64,000 bases of DNA, from the NCBI GenBank assembly GCA_003344405.1, contig NOWV01000023.1, positions 1 through 64,000 of the forward strand. The letters are read 5' to 3'. Origin of the DNA: Trichoplax sp. H2. Lineage: Eukaryota. Positions 1 to 11,939 of the stretch are shown piece by piece (position 1 is the stretch's first letter; each line of letters opens with the position of its first letter). The position numbers and the translations under genes are program-made. The notes beneath the pieces were generated by a model that saw only the letters and a list, made by a program, of their open reading frames with translations, did not search any database and was not told the DNA's origin.

Positions 1-4
1 ATTA

Positions 5-382
5 GAATCATTTACTGAATTAGATATTAATTTTAGCTACTGCTCCCTTAATGCAGACAACAGTATTTACGAACATAGACATGTAATGACTAATACAGAA
101 TAGTCAGATTACGATATGTCCTATCACGGAACATTTCCATGATAATTTACAATCTAGCATAAGTAAATTACAATCACAATGATTCGAACTGTAAGCAGAT
201 GATTTGCATTCCCTATTATAACTATTAATTTCAGTATGTGTATAAGTGTCACTGTCATAAAAAGTCAGTGCTATATTAAAACACAGTATATCCAAATTAG
301 AAGTTAACTAAATAAGGATAGTCTAATAGAATTATCCTAACATAGATATTTCTACTGTAATACAGTATATAACACTGTAACA
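5..382 (+). repeat. Dispersed ~380-bp repeat, copy 1
   Basis: 227-382 is the reverse complement of 27051-27206, and 5-109 is the reverse complement of 27700-27804, with only a few substitutions. Confidence 0.9.
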
Positions 383-1667
383 CCTATATCTTATGCTTGT
401 ATCATCATAATGCACAGTATTTTTAAATTCAAAAGAATCTTTAGTTTTGGGATAACCATTTCATACAGAGTACTTTACATATACGAAGAAACAGATGGTT
501 GGCATCTATAGGACGGAAGTTCATTGTTTGGAGAAACTATGTTAAGCACGAATACATATTCTCTGACCTTTTGTCCACCGCTCTAGAAAATATAAATAAT
601 GTCAATGAATTTAGCAAATTTTAGATATTAGGTAACCTATTAGATATTATACTTAATAAACTATTAAGAGATCGCATGGGAACTTAATGCATTGAGCTCT
701 ACGAGGATAGATTGCCGAGGGATAATTTTACGATCCGGCTGGTAAATTATATTGTTTTAAATTCATGCAGCTGATCGGAGAAAATAATGATGTACGGTGT
801 TATTGCTCATTCGTAATTATGATTGCAACTTAACTAATAATAATATAGTCGAGTTTATTTAATATTCCATTAATTAATGTCAACTATTGAGACGATTCTT
901 AATATACTACAAAACCAACATCGATAAAAAAGGAGAATTTTTGATAAATTACTAGCAATTTAGCTTCGCTTATATAGAAACTTTCATTCAATTTGCCTTT
1001 GACCTAGACATGGGGTGCGAACGTATACGAAATTGCAAGAACAGAACGTTTACTCTGTTCAGGTATCTATCTCTAATAAGCTTCGCTTTTTTTCTATTAA
1101 TTTATTGCGAAGAACAAGTTCAAATTACTAGGGTAAGCATTTTCTGTAACTTTATATTAAACTCTTTAAATTATCTAATAAACATATACATCACTAGCAA
1201 AAGATGGTAAGAGTATAGCAGTAGTAGGTATCTTTAATTTCAATTAGCTGGGGTGTAAGTCAGAAATTCATTTATAGGCCTCATAGAAACATCTTTACGG
1301 TCTAAAATACAATTTTTTTAAAGACGAGAATAGCATTTCTTAGTCAAATATACTATATGACTGATTAGCTGTCAGTGCTTATCCATTAAAACTATTCGGA
1401 TAGTGAAGTTATCACCTATCTAACAAATAAACGAACGTTCGCTTTCCACTGGGCTCCTTTTTAATCTTAGAGTTCAAATAAAAAATGAATGATATATTGA
1501 ATAGGGAAAAAGTAACAATACTCTTACTAAAAAAATTGAAAATCAATGAAAATCTTAATTTGAAGCTGTAATTATGACAGATCCATTTCAATTCTAGGCT
1601 CCTAACTTTAGCCAATCTATATTTTTGTAATGTTTGATTAAAATTATGCCACGAAGCAAAAGGCTAA

Positions 1668-2420
1668 TTACTCATACGAAATTAACTATGATATTATGTT
1701 TACTTCATTAATCAAACTCATCAACTAGTAGTATGTGTATAATTACATTTAAATACAATTTAATTATAAGACCTTTATAGCTTCTCCTTCGCTTTACACG
1801 TAACTTATTTATCTTTCTTAAATCGGTGATGATTAGCTATGATTTATTCATTTAAAGTAGTCTCACAGCACTCTCCGATTCTAATGCATGTCAACCCAGT
1901 CACCGATATCAAATCTCAGATTACTCATCAAAGATCAACTATGATATTACATTTATATCATTAATTAAGCTTACCAACTAGCTGTACGAGTATAATTAAA
2001 TTTTGATACTATTTCATTATTTACAGCTACCCCTTCGCTTCATATCTAATCTATTTATCGTCCTTAAATCGATTACGACTAACTACAATTTATTTATTTA
2101 AAATAGTCTGTCAGCACTTTCCGATTCCAAAGATTTTCAATACAGTGATCAATATTCAGTCTCAAATTACTCATAGGAGATCAACTATGATACGAGTATA
2201 ATATTAACATCATTAATTAAGTCACTAAGTAGTTGTACGTGTATAATTAATTTTTGATATAATTTAATTATGAGACCAGTATAGCTGCTCCTTCGCTTTA
2301 CATGCAACCTATTTATCTTCCTTAACTCGATGATAATCAACCGTAATTTATTTATTTAACTAGTCTATCAGTACTTTTCCGGCTCTAAAGCATTTTAATA
2401 CAGTCATCAATAATAAGCCT
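1668..2420 (+). repeat. Degenerate tandem triplication, ~250-bp unit
   Basis: Units start at 1668, 1921 and 2167 with TTACTCAT...AACTATGATA. Each contains GTATAATTA, CCTTCGCTT and TATTTATC...TTAA.TCG. Confidence 0.85.
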
Positions 2421-3812
2421 CAATAATAATATTCCAATCCTAAATAAGTGCTTCACAAGCATGTGCAACTTATCTTGCATACGGTCAAAGTCGCTTAATT
2501 CTAAACAGAAACAAAAGAAGGGCTTGGGATTATCATAACTTAAAATAAATACTGAGCTAGAATTATCAAAGCTAGTTACATAATAGCGATAGATGTTTTA
2601 GTGCTACAAAGTGTTGATTAACAATATCTATTATACTGTAATTAGATCTTAATTATACTTATATAATATTTTTCTGATAGAAGCCAGTGATCCTCATGAT
2701 AATGATCGCATCGGTGTGGCGTTAAGAAATCTTCTCAGAAATGATTATCATTAGATGTTATTACACATATATATTATATATCTAGCCTGTGAGAAATAAA
2801 TCATTTTCGACATTATAAAATAAATCTATAGGCTAATCAAAAAATCGATGATGGTACCTATATCTAACTAGATCGTGAATTCATTTCAATCTCATTTCAA
2901 CCATTAAATAATAACTCTCCTTGCCATTATGTAAGGCATTGGTTGTCTAATTATCAAGATTTAGAACTTATCATAAAAGTATCAAGGCAATTTACTCATT
3001 ACTATCGATTATCCTAGTATCTATTTTGCTATTGCATTAAACGATATCCTATTTACTGTAGCTTGCAGTGTGAAGAATACCAGCGATAGACCAAGTTTAT
3101 AGTTTAATCTAACCCATTACTGGGCTACTATTGTCTTAATTGATCGTTTGTCAACAATTTAGCATATGTTTAATTAATATTTGGGTTATTGTTTATGATG
3201 TAATGGCATTATCCTTAATACCATACATAATGTATTCAAAATAAGATAATCTACGTGAGCTCTCTTATTCCGTCTATTTGTTTATCACCACGATAATAAT
3301 ACTGACCTTTTTCACAAGATACTGTTTCTAATAGGATCATAGCTATTCCTGGAAGCTAATTTATTATTCAAGAAATTCAAACCAGCTCTATTGACTTCGT
3401 TGCTACCATAAGAAGCTATACCCACAACATAAAAAACATCCAGCACCACGATAATATGCATACGTAACTATTTTGAGTTTTATCAATATGTATCGTTCGC
3501 CATATTAAAATATTCTTCTTGGAAGATAATTGTCAAGAATTAGTAACCAATTTCAATATATTATTCATAGGATGGAATTTTAGCTGATTATCAAATTCAT
3601 TAGTCGTAAGGAAACTATCGTTATAGATGGAATAAGAAGGAATCATTTGCCCTATTTCACTTCCTCATCTGTTATTTTAACGATCAAGAAGAGAAAAAAG
3701 ACTACTGCCCATGTCTGAAGCAATTTCTCGCCACTAAATCATTTCAATCTATTGCCAATACCACTAAATTGCCTCTTTTCCATTATCAGTACTTCTATCA
3801 AGTGAAGCCAAG

Positions 3813-4871
3813 ATGGTCACAATTAATCAAACGAATTCTACGATAGCAAATCCAGGTATCAATCAAATTTTATCTATTTCTTTCATATCGATTGTTATTC
3901 TCATAGGAAGCATAGGGAATTCTATCAACATTTACTTTATTTACAAGATACCATCATTACACAGCTACAACAATATGCTTATAGCCCATCTAGCTGTGGC
4001 TGATTTCTTGCAAGCAACTTTAACATTACCCATGGCCATTGCTAATTCTTTATTAAGACATGCCATTCCACCAGCTATGTGTCAAGCGTTCGCTTTTATA
4101 CTCAATTTTCTTCTCGCCATTGCATTAGCAGCAACGGCAGCCATTAGCATCGATCGCTGCCTTGCTGTTATTTATCCCTATCAATACCAGGCTAAAATGA
4201 AAACTAACTACATTATCATGATTGTCATATTCATATGGATACTAGCAGCAGTTTTGGCCGGAACGCCATTACTTGGTTTACAACGATACGGTTTAGGAGA
4301 ATATACCTTCATCGCTGATGGTCTACAATGTTGGTTTGATTTTCAATATCGTCAAAGAAGTAGTATTATATTTATCATTTTATATATCTACTTGCTATTA
4401 ACCATCTTAACAACCCTAGTTTCCTATTTGATTATTTTCTGTATTGCCTACAATAAAGGTATCGCTGACATATCTGCAGTCGGTTATGCATCATTACGAC
4501 GCTCTATCAGGACGACTGCATTAATTGTTGGCAGCAATTTTGCGTGTTTTATACCAACATTAATATCAGTATCTATAAGTTATTTCTCTCAACGTGAATT
4601 AAATCCAGGTTTAACCGTTGCAGCCTACCTTTTATCATTCTGTAATTCAGCGATTAATCCACTTATTTATGCCTTCACCAATGGAATCCTTCGCCAAAAA
4701 ATTAAGCAGCATTGTTGTTGCTCAAAGAAGCGATGTTGTCTTACAAAATTTGGACTATATAGAACCTCAAAAATTACACCAAGCAATACCGCAGCTGGTC
4801 AACCAGCTGCTAAAAGCGATAGCGAACCAAGCTACTGGCAAACTGTTATAAATGATTATGAATCATCGTAA
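3813..4871 (+). CDS. Intronless class A (rhodopsin-family) orphan GPCR, paralogue 1, 352 aa
   Basis: Single ORF with 7 hydrophobic segments. Motifs: GN (TM1), LAVADF (TM2), C3.25 and SIDRC (TM3), W4.50, CFIP (TM6), NSAINPLIY (TM7). N-terminal NQT/NST sequons and a Cys-rich C-tail. Confidence 0.95.
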   Translation: MVTINQTNSTIANPGINQILSISFISIVILIGSIGNSINIYFIYKIPSLHSYNNMLIAHLAVADFLQATLTLPMAIANSLLRHAIPPAMCQAFAFILNFLLAIALAATAAISIDRCLAVIYPYQYQAKMKTNYIIMIVIFIWILAAVLAGTPLLGLQRYGLGEYTFIADGLQCWFDFQYRQRSSIIFIILYIYLLLTILTTLVSYLIIFCIAYNKGIADISAVGYASLRRSIRTTALIVGSNFACFIPTLISVSISYFSQRELNPGLTVAAYLLSFCNSAINPLIYAFTNGILRQKIKQHCCCSKKRCCLTKFGLYRTSKITPSNTAAGQPAAKSDSEPSYWQTVINDYESS

Positions 4872-7800
4872 AAGTATGGCATATTTCTACATTAATTAAA
4901 TCACCGACATAGCAGATCCTTTACAGAATATGACAATTCATATTATACCGACAGAAACTGCTCTATGATGGATGTATTATCATTAGTTAATACAACGACG
5001 GTTACATTTACAGTACTCAAATTTAGCAATTTATTCCACTTCAACTATCTAGTGCTGATTAATATCACACTTTCGGATTATATAGTAATTAACGATGGTT
5101 ATGATATATTGCAGAATATCAAATCGATTGAGACACACATATGATGAATATCGAATACAGATACCAATATGTATATATATCACACTGAATATATTGTGTA
5201 TTTATTATGGTTAAATTTATATAAAATATAGGAAAGAGTAGTAAAAGTATCCAGTAGTTTTATCGATTAAAACCAATCTGTATCATTAGCATTAATCTTC
5301 GATAAAGAATTTGGAGAACAAAGTCTGCATTTAGTACTGGTGAATTATGATCATATTTTGGAATAAACTTTAATATCATAGAACTTCAGTAATAGTGACA
5401 ATATGCTTTAGACTATACATTTGATAAAAATGACACTGGTAATCTTTGCCAATGTTAAAGCCATTACGAAGTAAAAGATGTTATAGCAAAGCTAATACCA
5501 AATAATTACAGAAAATGACATAGAAACATAATTGACTAACTCAATATCTTTCGATTATAATCGGAATCGATCAATACTACTATCTCTACCAAGCATAATT
5601 TTGAAATTAAAATACTTTTATCTAATACAGGATAGAAAAGGATAATATTTACATGAATACTCCCTTTCACTGACTAGAAAAAGAATAAAAAAACTTGTCT
5701 TTATATCTAAATAACTTTCTATGCCAGTAGACATAATCACTTGTCTTATGTAGTGTAATAAATTCACTGTGCACTTAAAGGCTATAATAATTCACTTAAT
5801 ATCACAACAGCATTTAACCTCCATCCTTGCGTAATGATGACATAGAGTTAAATTAATATAAGAATTCGGGCTTAAAAATTAAGTTTACTTTACAGCCAAA
5901 CCAATTTAAATAGCTTTGAGATTGTCATTATTGCTAATTATATGTACAAGCAAGCAATACCATTTAAAATTCTGATGCACTCTTCAGATCTTATAATCTT
6001 CACTGATATGCAAGTTAGTTTATCAATGACCAATGCAATGGTTTTATGATGAGTAAACTTTTATTTATAACCGACTTTGTGTCCCAAAATCTATCATAAG
6101 CAAACTCATGGACAGTATGGCACTGATAATATTAACGTAGTGGGCATCTAATATTAGAGTATACAAGATAGGGATCAACAAGAACCAACTAAGTTGCATA
6201 ATTTGTGACTGTAACACCTATTAAATTCAGAAAATCATTGGAGATAATACTAAAATTCTAAGCAAAACTCTACAAGTGAATATCCTCTCATCTGTCTAAA
6301 TGTATCATTAAGCTAAAATTCTAGCTCCTAAAGACAATTCAAACTTTAGCTCTATAGGATAAAAGGCAAGAAAGTATCTATTAGTCTGATTATTGGCTTC
6401 TAGATCTAAATAAAATGATATTTATTTATGCCTTATTATATATCAGTTATTAATAGATATTACCAGCCCCAATAGAAGCAGTTTACTAACAGATTGCACT
6501 ACTCAAAACTGCAGTATCAGCTTTAACTGAACAATAATTCCACCTCTTCCTTTCATGTACTTCCTTGCCACAATCAAAATTTATTATTTTCGCAATAGAA
6601 ATTATTTCCTTTCAAGTAGATGCCAGATAAAAGAAAATCTTTATTATAGATTTTTTGTTGCAACTATGCCTAACTTACATTGCTGTTAATCTGGTGATTT
6701 CCAAACCTTTAAGTATATAGCAGTTGAATTTCGCAGTCATATAGTACGACCCTGAGTGTTCCATTTGAAACCATGCAATTTTTAAAAATTTATCAATTAA
6801 AAGGGACATAAGTTGCACACATAATGATAGGATAAATAGAATACGTCAATTAGTATTTATAACGCTGAATAAATATTATTTTTAATCATATATTTTACAG
6901 TCTATAGGCTATCCTATCTATCCCTCCTGAAAGTTTTCTGTCTGCTTGTCTATCGGTAATACATACCATCTTCACGAGAAAAATATAATAACTGTTATTT
7001 ATAGACTCACAACATTAACCTTGAGAAGTCTTTAAAAGGCCGAAGTTGTTCTTAATATTAGAACTAAGAGTCATTGTAATACGTATAGTTAAGTTTACGT
7101 AAAGGCTTCCCCAAAAATAGAAAGTTAAACGCTAAAGTTGTCACACCTATTTTTAGCGCGTCTGATATATTAATTGCTAGAGATAGATTAATCAAAGATG
7201 CAGTTTTATGTAATAAAGTACCGTACGTAAGAACCATATTAATCATTCGCTGGTATAGGGTAAAAAGATGTTTCATACGTTCCAAACTAGTGAACTACAA
7301 ATTTGTAACTGCTTCGAACACTTCTAAAATATAGAACTTGGTATATCACTATTACGGAACTACGTTTCCGATATTAAGGTTATGTTACAGAAGTTATTTC
7401 ATACTGATCATGTAGCGTAGTATTTACAGTTTTAATAAGATACTTGTTCAGGCAGGAATTCTTGCCAAGCTCATACTAAGAGCTATATTTTTTAACTCGT
7501 TATAATTTCTTACCGTATTTAAGTTAAAAATACGGTTGGACTAAGTTATAATCTGTCATATTTGTAATGCTTTACCTGCGTTGACCTCTTTTGATTGGAT
7601 GTATGCTGTTGACTTGCTTTATGCTATCTTATTTTAAGTCTAAGTATAATAGCTAGTTATTGTTGGTTATTATTTTATTGCTTTTTCTTTTTGTTATAGA
7701 TTGCTAGTGAAAACTACTAAAATAAAGTCGTAACCTAGAGTATGTTGTACTTTTTGCGACTATTCTTTTGAGGCTATCTAGAAGGGTAGTTCTAGATATT

Positions 7801-8330
7801 TTAAGCTACGTAGATAGTTGTGACAAGGACTCTCTCATAATAGAAAAACTTCTTATCCAAAGTCATTACTATAAAATACTATCAAAATAGCTGAAAAATA
7901 TGCGTAAGGTTTGTAAAGAATATAGAGATACACGCTATAAGTTATATCCCTGCTGTTCAAAGAATTCATGCTAAAATGGAATAATTTAAGTGATAGCTTT
8001 ATCAAATTTTATCATACTTTATATTTAAACTATATGGAATATAGAGGAAAGAATATAGAAATTATTATAGAGATAAAAGTTGTATCTCTACCGTTTAGCA
8101 AGTTCATACCGTATGTAGACTAGAATAGAATAACTGAAGTGATAATGCTGTCAAATTATGATCATAGTTTACATCTAAAGTATACTTTGATACAAAACTT
8201 GATAATCAAAATACATTAGAAACCATCTAATCCTACACCTTATGGATCACTATCGATTGGGTACTAGGTTAATACAGAGTATGAGTAAAGCGATAATTGG
8301 CTATCGCAATTATTCAAGAGTTTTCATTAC

Positions 8331-8691
8331 GCTTATAAATTATAGAGACGCTTCAACAAAGAAGATTTAGTAATTCTCAACTTTTCGGTTAAGTAAAAGC
8401 TAAATTCTCTATGTACATCAATATAACAGCTCTATTTTCAGCTGCAGAGTCAGTTATACTCCTTTTCGATTATATTTTTCAATACTGCAGTAGAATAGAG
8501 ACTCTAAATGCTAGGCAATCACGTCACCGTATGCTTATATATTATGGAGACACTTCAATGGAGAGGATTTAGTAATTCTCAGCTTTTTCGATAAGTAAAA
8601 GAAGCTGAATTCTCTGTGTACTGTACATCGGCATAATAGCTCTATTTTCAGTTGTAGACTTAGTTATAGTCCCTTCTGATTATACTTTTTA
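8331..8691 (+). repeat. Degenerate tandem duplication, ~200-bp period
   Basis: GCTTATA.ATTAT.GAGAC.CTTCAA...GATTTAGTAATTCTCA...AAGTAAAAG...AGCTCTATTTTCAG...AGTTATA occurs at ~8331 and again at ~8533. Confidence 0.85.
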
Positions 8692-10016
8692 GTAAATTAT
8701 TATAGTACATTACAGTACTTTCAAAAATAACCTCAAGAGCAGCGCGGGTTTTTATTTTTTTAAATCTTTGTTTAACCAGATTCATCTTTTGCATTACTAT
8801 TGTAATATTCTAAATTTAACATAAAGATAATCTCATACCTATAGTAACTACATAAGAATTATTGATAGCCACAAAAATTAATACATATCTACACATTAAT
8901 CAGTACTTTAAAACATAATTATTTATATAATCACAGGATAAGACGACAAATAATTGACTTCTAAGATCTGAAATAATTTCAATCATAGTCCTCGCAAATA
9001 TCACATTGGTAGGAATATAAGCATAGCAAGGGAATTTTCGTCAAACAACCTATCCATAATTTAGAGGATATGGTTGAGGATGTTATACTTCAGAGGATTC
9101 CATTTAGTCTTGCTAATCATAGCACTAATTTACCATCGAGCAATCCATACAGAAATTAGAGAATATAGCTTAAGATGTCGTATTTTACAGTATTCTATTT
9201 AGCCTAGCAAATCACAGTGCTGATCTACTATTGCTATTCGACTAATTTAGGATGATATAAAGATAAAATATGTAGTAACCAATAGTCTCACCAACAATAA
9301 TATTATTATAGCTATAGCACCTGATTTCTTAATGCTGTTCAATTGCTTGGCGTAGGTGTACGTATTGAAAATATTTTTCGTTACACTCTTCTTTTACCCC
9401 TTAAATATTGCATGAAGGAGCGTCTAGTAAAGTTAGTATAATAATTTTCTGTTGTACGGTATTAAGAATAGCATACATACTCGTGTTAGTGTGAATTAAA
9501 GGTATTCCTTTCCTATTTTAACACTCCATCCACTTATAATTTCGTAAAGACTCCATTACTGAAAGTTAATGCTGACCAGTTCTACTAATTAAATTCCTTT
9601 GATCTCAGCTATTTTGAAGGTAAATTAGTGCCATAGCAACGTAAATTAGACTTAGATATAGATTAAGTACAATAGTCTCATTTTTCCATTGGTTAATGCA
9701 AATTGAATAGGCATGAACAAATTCTATTTTGTTATCTTTTCTACGGACAAAAGATATCAAGATGACGCATTGCAATTGTAGCAAATGCTAGCACTATTTT
9801 AAAGTAGAAGGTTAATTTAAGTAGCATTAATAGCAACGCTTTTCGTCTTTTACCTCCCTCATCGTCTCTATAATCGTTAAGAAATAATCTCCCTCCATTA
9901 TAGCTTTTTAAACTCAAGACGAATAGTGTGTCGGCTAAATTCCCGTTATATTTATCATCTAAGGGCATTGAAAACTTGATAATGTAAAGTTAACAAGGAA
10001 ATCAAGCTCAACAGCC

Positions 10017-11045
10017 ATGGCCAATGAAAGCAACACAACATTATTACATATCCCAAGTACTTACCAAATTCTATCCGTTGCATTTATATCATTGATCATT
10101 ACTATCGGAAGTATCGGCAATCTTGTTAACATTTATTTTATTTATAAAACACCATCGCTGCATAGCTTTAATAACATCCTTATAGCTCATTTAGCCATAA
10201 GTGATTTCTTGCAGGCAATATTAACACTACCTATGGCTATCTTGAACTCTTATTTACGCTTCAACAGCCCAATCATATTATGCCGGGCATTTGCGTTTAC
10301 TCTTAACTTTTTGGTCATGGTTTCATTAGCAGCAACATCAGCAATTAGTATCGATCGTTATTTTGCTGTCATTTATCCTTATTCTTATTCGGCTAAAATG
10401 AAAATTAAGTATATCAACATATTTATCGTATCGACCTGGTTGTCAGCAGCAATCACATCTGGAACTCCTTTACTTGGGTTACAACGCTACGGTCTAGGAG
10501 AATATTCATTTATCGCTGATGGCTTACAATGCTGGTTTGATTTTCAGCATCATCAAAAAAATAGAATTGCCTTCATAGCTACCTTTGTTTACATCGTAGC
10601 AGCTATTTTAGTGACGATGACTTCCTATCTCGCTATATTTTACGTTGCCTGTCATAAAGGTATCACAGATGTATCTGTCGTAGGTTATGCATCGCTCAAG
10701 CGTTCTATTCGCACCACAGCATTGATAGTAGGCAGTAATTTAGCATGTTTTATACCTGTACTAGTTGGTGCTTCCATAAGTTATTTCACAAAGCGTGATT
10801 TACCTCCAGGATTGACTGTCGCAGTCTATCTTCTAACATTCTTTAATCCCGCCATTAATCCTGTTATTTATGCCTATACCAACGAAATACTCCGTAGGAA
10901 AATAAAACAATATTGTTATTGTCCCTGCAATCCACGCTTTAGGCAAATAAAAGTTCGTAGTAATACTACAATGAGTTCATTATCGTGTCCCAATCAGTTA
11001 AGTCAAGAAAGTAATTTTATATTAAATCAATCGATAACTGTGTAA
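10017..11045 (+). CDS. Intronless class A orphan GPCR, paralogue 2, 342 aa; closest to paralogue 1
   Basis: GSIGN, LAISDF, SIDRY, CFIP and NPVIY motifs. Shares GTPLLGLQRYGLGEYxFIADGLQCWFDFQ and VGYASLxRSIRTTALIVGSN with 3813..4871. Confidence 0.95.
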   Translation: MANESNTTLLHIPSTYQILSVAFISLIITIGSIGNLVNIYFIYKTPSLHSFNNILIAHLAISDFLQAILTLPMAILNSYLRFNSPIILCRAFAFTLNFLVMVSLAATSAISIDRYFAVIYPYSYSAKMKIKYINIFIVSTWLSAAITSGTPLLGLQRYGLGEYSFIADGLQCWFDFQHHQKNRIAFIATFVYIVAAILVTMTSYLAIFYVACHKGITDVSVVGYASLKRSIRTTALIVGSNLACFIPVLVGASISYFTKRDLPPGLTVAVYLLTFFNPAINPVIYAYTNEILRRKIKQYCYCPCNPRFRQIKVRSNTTMSSLSCPNQLSQESNFILNQSITV

Positions 11046-11118
11046 ATTCTCGAAGAAAGGCACCCTTCATATCATTACTGATCTAATGAAGCACGGAATG
11101 AATACTTACAACAGTATC

Positions 11119-11939
11119 AACCAGACTGGAAGTGACATAAATCAAGCTATGATTAATACGAACAAACTTTAAATAAGGATTAATGTATTAGAAAGTTTTA
11201 TTAAAAAGCAAAATTACCTCTAAGTATTTACCATCTTATAGAGTGGTTCAATGACCAGCAAAGGATTATTTGTACTACCATTTCAGGTTAAGACTACGTC
11301 AATAAAATATATTACAAAGTAATAACGAAAATCTGAAGTTACATTGTAACTTATATTAAAATCAACATCTCTCAGGACCTCAGGAAAAACTCTAAAAATT
11401 TATTTATCAATTATGAGTAATTAGAACGGTAGTAAATTTTGCTCAAATATCCAAGGATAGTGTTATATTAATCTAATATAATAATTAACAAACATTATCG
11501 TATATATCCTATCCAGTAAGTTACTTATTTTGAATTTACTATCAAAAATAATTCCTTTGTAATTCATTTTTATATTATTGACATTTAATACTTCATTTTA
11601 ACCAGACTTAAAGTGACGTAAAACAAGCCACGATAAACAGGAACTAAATTTATCAAGGATTAACTGTATTAGAAAGTTTTACCAAATAGCAAAATTGCCT
11701 CTGACTATTTATCATATTATAGAGTACTTCCATTACCAGCAAAGCAATACGTGTACTGACATTTCAGGTTAAGACTATTCAATAAAAAATATAACAAAAT
11801 AATAACTTAAGTTTGGAAGATTGTAACTTAAGTTAAATCAATATTTCCTAGGATCTCAGAAAAAACTCTACAAATTTATCTGTCAATCATGACTAATTAG
11901 AACAGTAGTAAATTTTGCTCAAATATTCAAGGATAGTGT
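11119..11939 (+). repeat. Tandem duplication (~340 bp aligned, ~480-bp period) just downstream of GPCR2
   Basis: AACCAGACT...TGTATTAGAAAGTTTTA...CATTTCAGGTTAAGACTA...GTAGTAAATTTTGCTCAAATAT.CAAGGATAGTGT at 11119-11463 and 11599-11939. Confidence 0.88.

Noticed and set aside
6940..7285. Minus-strand ORF with LINLSLAINISDAL and a downstream CITDR that faintly resemble GPCR TM2/TM3 (possible pseudogene)
   Set aside because: The spacing is too long, no other motifs are recognisable, and such hydrophobic strings arise easily in AT-rich DNA. It would need a tBLASTn or HMM hit.
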